Source: Octopus vulgaris
Taxonomy: Eukaryota
NCBI GenBank assembly: GCA_951406725.2
Contig: OX597822.1
Location: forward strand, 75,268,001-75,332,000
Direction of reading: 5' to 3'
Length of the DNA stretch: 64,000 bases
The notes under the pieces were generated by a model. The model was not told the origin of the DNA, made no database searches, and saw nothing but the letters and a program-made list of their open reading frames with translations. Positions 60,614-64,000 of this stretch are shown piece after piece (within the stretch, counting starts at the first letter, position 1; each line of letters opens with the position of its first letter). The position numbers were made by a program, and so were the translations under genes.

Positions 60614-60918
60614 ATCAATCACTTGCAGGGACACCATATTTCGTTGTGAAATCATAATATCACACAAAGCATATGAAACGTTTTTGTAAGTCAAACTGCG
60701 TTCTGTTGTGTTAGTAGTGCTATTAAAACTTCCATCGTAGATCTCACCAGTGTGGATTGTAATTTCTATAGAAAATCTGAAGAGATAATCTTAACAAGTG
60801 ATGTAATAGCACTGCTAAGACAATGGAACACAGTGTCGACTTATATAAACGTTTAATATGCTTTGTAGTGTATATTGTGGCTGCATAACGAAACACAGTG
60901 CTCTTACAGGTTATTAAT
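60614..60918. mobile_element. Old MITE/fold-back with ~110-bp imperfect inverted arms
   Basis: 60614-60725 versus 60804-60918. Confidence 0.7.
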
Positions 60919-61035
60919 GAGAAAACAATAAATGGCAAACTCGAGCGAAAAAAAAAAACCGACCAGCATGGAGAAAGCATATCAAGTCATGTCGAAGCCA
61001 TGAACAATCATAGTCGCAACGACTGACAACAGATA

Positions 61036-61067
<32 letters not shown>

Positions 61068-61410
61068 TGTAGTATATGCCGTCTATGCTGTGAAATGAAC
61101 TGATCTGCGTTACGGTAAGGGTTTGGAAGTCTTAATTTACGGATTGAAAATTCAGAAGATGAAGGCGTGTTTATGCTTCCTCATGTCTATACAAGAAATG
61201 TCATTCCTTGATGAACTTCGGCAGGGAATTACACCTATACAGTATTTTGGGAGCGATAAATATAATTTCCTCATTTTACTGTTAGTCTGGCAATTTTATT
61301 TACTTCCTCAACCTCTAGTTATCAACTTACATTTTGTAACGTCATTACAACGATAACTCCATCTTTATTGATGGCTTGTGCACTCTTGCATATCCATCCA
61401 TCTATCCATC

Positions 61411-61458
<48 letters not shown>

Positions 61459-61840
61459 TAGCCAACAAGGTTTCCAGTTTTGAAGAGGGGTAGAAATAGC
61501 CCGAAAGCAGAGCTGGTCTACTAGTTCCGTCGTTAGAAGGCGGTAGGGGTTCACTCCCCTGCTCGCAATTTATCGGATGCAGCTCTGCATCGTTAACCAG
61601 TTAGAAGAGATGTCCGCTTGGCATAAAAAAAAGTCGCAGTAGAGTCCGTTCGAAAGGACAGCTACGTTTAGGTGGTTACGAATATTACTCATCGGTACAG
61701 CTATTGCGTTGATCTCTTAGAGAGATTTTAGAACTAGTATTTTTGCTAATATATATGTGTGTGTATGTGTGGATACGAGAGATAAAAGAGGAGAAAGAGA
61801 GAGGGTGAGAGGGAGAAAGAGAAGCAAATGAGAGCAACAC

Positions 61841-62830
61841 TACACTTAAAAGTCCCTATCCATTTCGAGAAATAATTGGTGTTATGAAAAACTGGTTTAA
61901 ATTTGAATAATATATTTATTTCAGAGTGTATGCTGCAAATTATTTATGCTCCATATTGTAACCATCAGCGTCTCTACAGAGCTCAAAGCGATAAATTGCT
62001 TCCTGAAACATACTTTTCAGCATTTGATGTGTTATATTTTGAACTGCATCGCTAATAAGATTTCGGAATACTGCTACATCTTTAATTCTTCTATTTGTGT
62101 TAAATCGGGCGAGCGTGCTACTCAAGGTTGTGTTCCTCCGTGACCAGTCCAGTAACGAGGGAAGGCGTCTGTCAAGATATTAACGTACAATATTTGCATA
62201 ATGCCATGGCACTCTATCCCATTGAAAAACTACTGTATCAGGAATGCAATCTGTAATTGATGTTCGAAGGATTGTTCAAACATATCACGATAGACGGTTC
62301 TAGAGACTGTAGTCTCTGCGAAGATGGAAGGTCCATACCCCTTTGACTTTGTCATACCATGTCAAACATTCACTTCCGGTGTATTTGGTTCTCATTGAAT
62401 AAACCTAGCTTCTCGCTTTCTCAATTGATATAATCATAACGATTAAACTTTCCACGCGTGTGGAAATTCGTTTCATCATTGAACAGAATTTTGTTGATTA
62501 AATCGGCACCTTCAATTTGATCAATAAGCTCAAAGCACGTCGCTGATCTGCCCAGATAATCCTGTTCTTGTAAGATGTGAAAAACTTTACTGTGATAATA
62601 CATTTTGCTCAGATAACTTCGTTGGATTCTAACATGTTAGCTGCCCTACGAGTCGATAATTGCAGACCCTCTTCAAATGCTTCTCCAACCAATTTTCTTG
62701 GATATCCAGTTCTGCTGTCCGCTGTATATCTACAGATATCTTCATGAGATACTGCTGGGTAGTTAAATTCGCCTCGCAGTCACATATTACCGGATGCGTT
62801 GCTATTACTTGATCCATGTGCAAGGGTTTA
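61841..62830 (-). mobile_element. Degraded Tc1/mariner-superfamily transposon (DD41D/rosa-like)
   Basis: KILFNDETNFHTRGKFNR; GPSIFAETTV..VYRDM; FPRYWTGHGG..ARSPDL; YRFELCRDADGYNMEH*. Confidence 0.75.
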
Positions 62831-62931
62831 TTACAATTAGCGTTCTGCTGTGACGAATCGCACGTGATTAAATCTTAGCGGAAGTTAAGTGTGTGAATGA
62901 CCGTCGTAGGCGTTTGTTTATACATGTGTGT

Positions 62932-63203
62932 CAGTGGCGGATGCAAGAGTGGTGCCCTAGTTGCCCGGACAACACCCTTTCTAGCCGAGTCGACACAAAA
63001 AAACAAAAAACAAAAGAAGAAACAGGACCAAGGTTTATTTCCAGGATTTTCACAGCATTACTCTATCCTATGCATATGGTCAGCTGCCACAAAGAATACA
63101 TAAAAATGCGTCCATTTGTTACAAATTGCGATTCCTACCTTATATAGTATTTTTCGAAACTCTTGGGCAACACCCAAAACAAAATTCTGAATACCCGCCA
63201 CCC
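62932..63203. mobile_element. Short MITE with cagtggcgga-type TIR
   Basis: cagtggcggatgcaag / ctgaatacccgccac; subterminal gg.caacaccc repeat. Confidence 0.45.
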
Positions 63204-63284
63204 GTGAGTATGCCATTGTGCATATATTTGTGTGTTTTATATATTTCCAGTAGACACATAGACGACAATATCTAAATACCTAAA

Positions 63285-63775
63285 AGCGAAGTCCCGGCGG
63301 TGGGTTCTATCTTGAAACAAAACACTTTATCTCCAGTTTACCCTGCTGGCAAAAATAAGTGGAACCCGTAATTGAAAGGGTCAGCTTTGTCCCATTTTGT
63401 ATCACGCTGAACCACCCTGAGAACTACATTAACCCATTAAGTCCCATTGTCCTATAAATAGGACACCAAATGAAAACATTAAATAAGCTATATCACATCG
63501 TCTCAGTGTCCTATTTATAGGACATCGAGTATTTCCATTTCTACTTGAAGTAAAGGAGTTTTAATAATTATTTTTTCATTTTAACTTATTTTCAATCATC
63601 TGTAAAAAATTTAAAAGCAATATTCAGAAATTTAAGTACTCTGGGACTTAATGGGTTAAGAGTACGCGTATCTGTAGAGTACTCAGCCACTTGCAAGTTA
63701 ATTTCACGTGTAGACTGTTCCATTGATCGGACCAACAGGAATATTCGTCGTCGTAACCAACGGACTGACAGTTTG
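63285..63775 (+). mobile_element. SINE with type-2 tail interrupted by a piggyBac-type MITE
   Basis: gagaactacattaa|gagtacgcg matches gagaactacgttaagggta at 13109-13127. Confidence 0.75.
63433..63655. mobile_element. piggyBac-type MITE
   Basis: TTAA-cccattaagtccca ... tgggacttaatggg-TTAA; internal palindromes tgtcctataaataggaca and tgtcctatttataggaca. Confidence 0.9.
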
Positions 63776-64000
63776 GATAAATTTCTTTGAGATAGTAGTT
63801 TTGCACTGAGTTATGGACACTCCCTTGTCACTTTCATCGAAAGAAATGCTGTACACCTCTGTTCGATTTGCTGGAAGTCTGTAACAAATGATTTGCTATT
63901 CATGTATTATTGTATAAAATATGAATTATTAAAGAAAATGTGTGTGATGTATATATATATGTATGGAGAGGGAGATGGAGAGGAAAAGAGAGATAGAGAG

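Overview
AT-rich, microsatellite-saturated metazoan DNA. The SINE and simple-repeat landscape suggests an octopus-type cephalopod intron or intergenic region; this is an inference. I found no host protein-coding exon. Nearly all listed ORFs are translations of (TA)n, (CATA)n, (TATC)n, (AAT)n, (CTA)n and (AAG)n tracts. The only long intact ORF (32682-34265) is the RT-end/CCHC/REL-endonuclease half of a 5'-truncated Dong/R4-type retrotransposon sitting in (TAA)n. The rest is layered mobile DNA: several tRNA-derived SINE families, a 5S-headed SINE candidate, LINE relics (Dong/R4, Tx1/L1, RTE, I-like), Tc1, mariner and DD41D-like relics, MITEs and Helitron-like pieces. The most interesting signal is non-coding: about 10 type I hammerhead-ribozyme (HHR) cores from about 7 Penelope-like/retrozyme-like families. 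They include (i) 350-465 bp tandem monomers each carrying an HHR, (ii) a TSD-flanked composite with a tRNA-like Pol III head driving an HHR-bearing Penelope-type tail, and (iii) a ~270 bp fold-back with a G3-C8 covariant HHR core whose arms differ almost only by G.U-forming changes, resembling ADAR A-to-I editing written back into the genome. All coordinates and alignments were done by eye.
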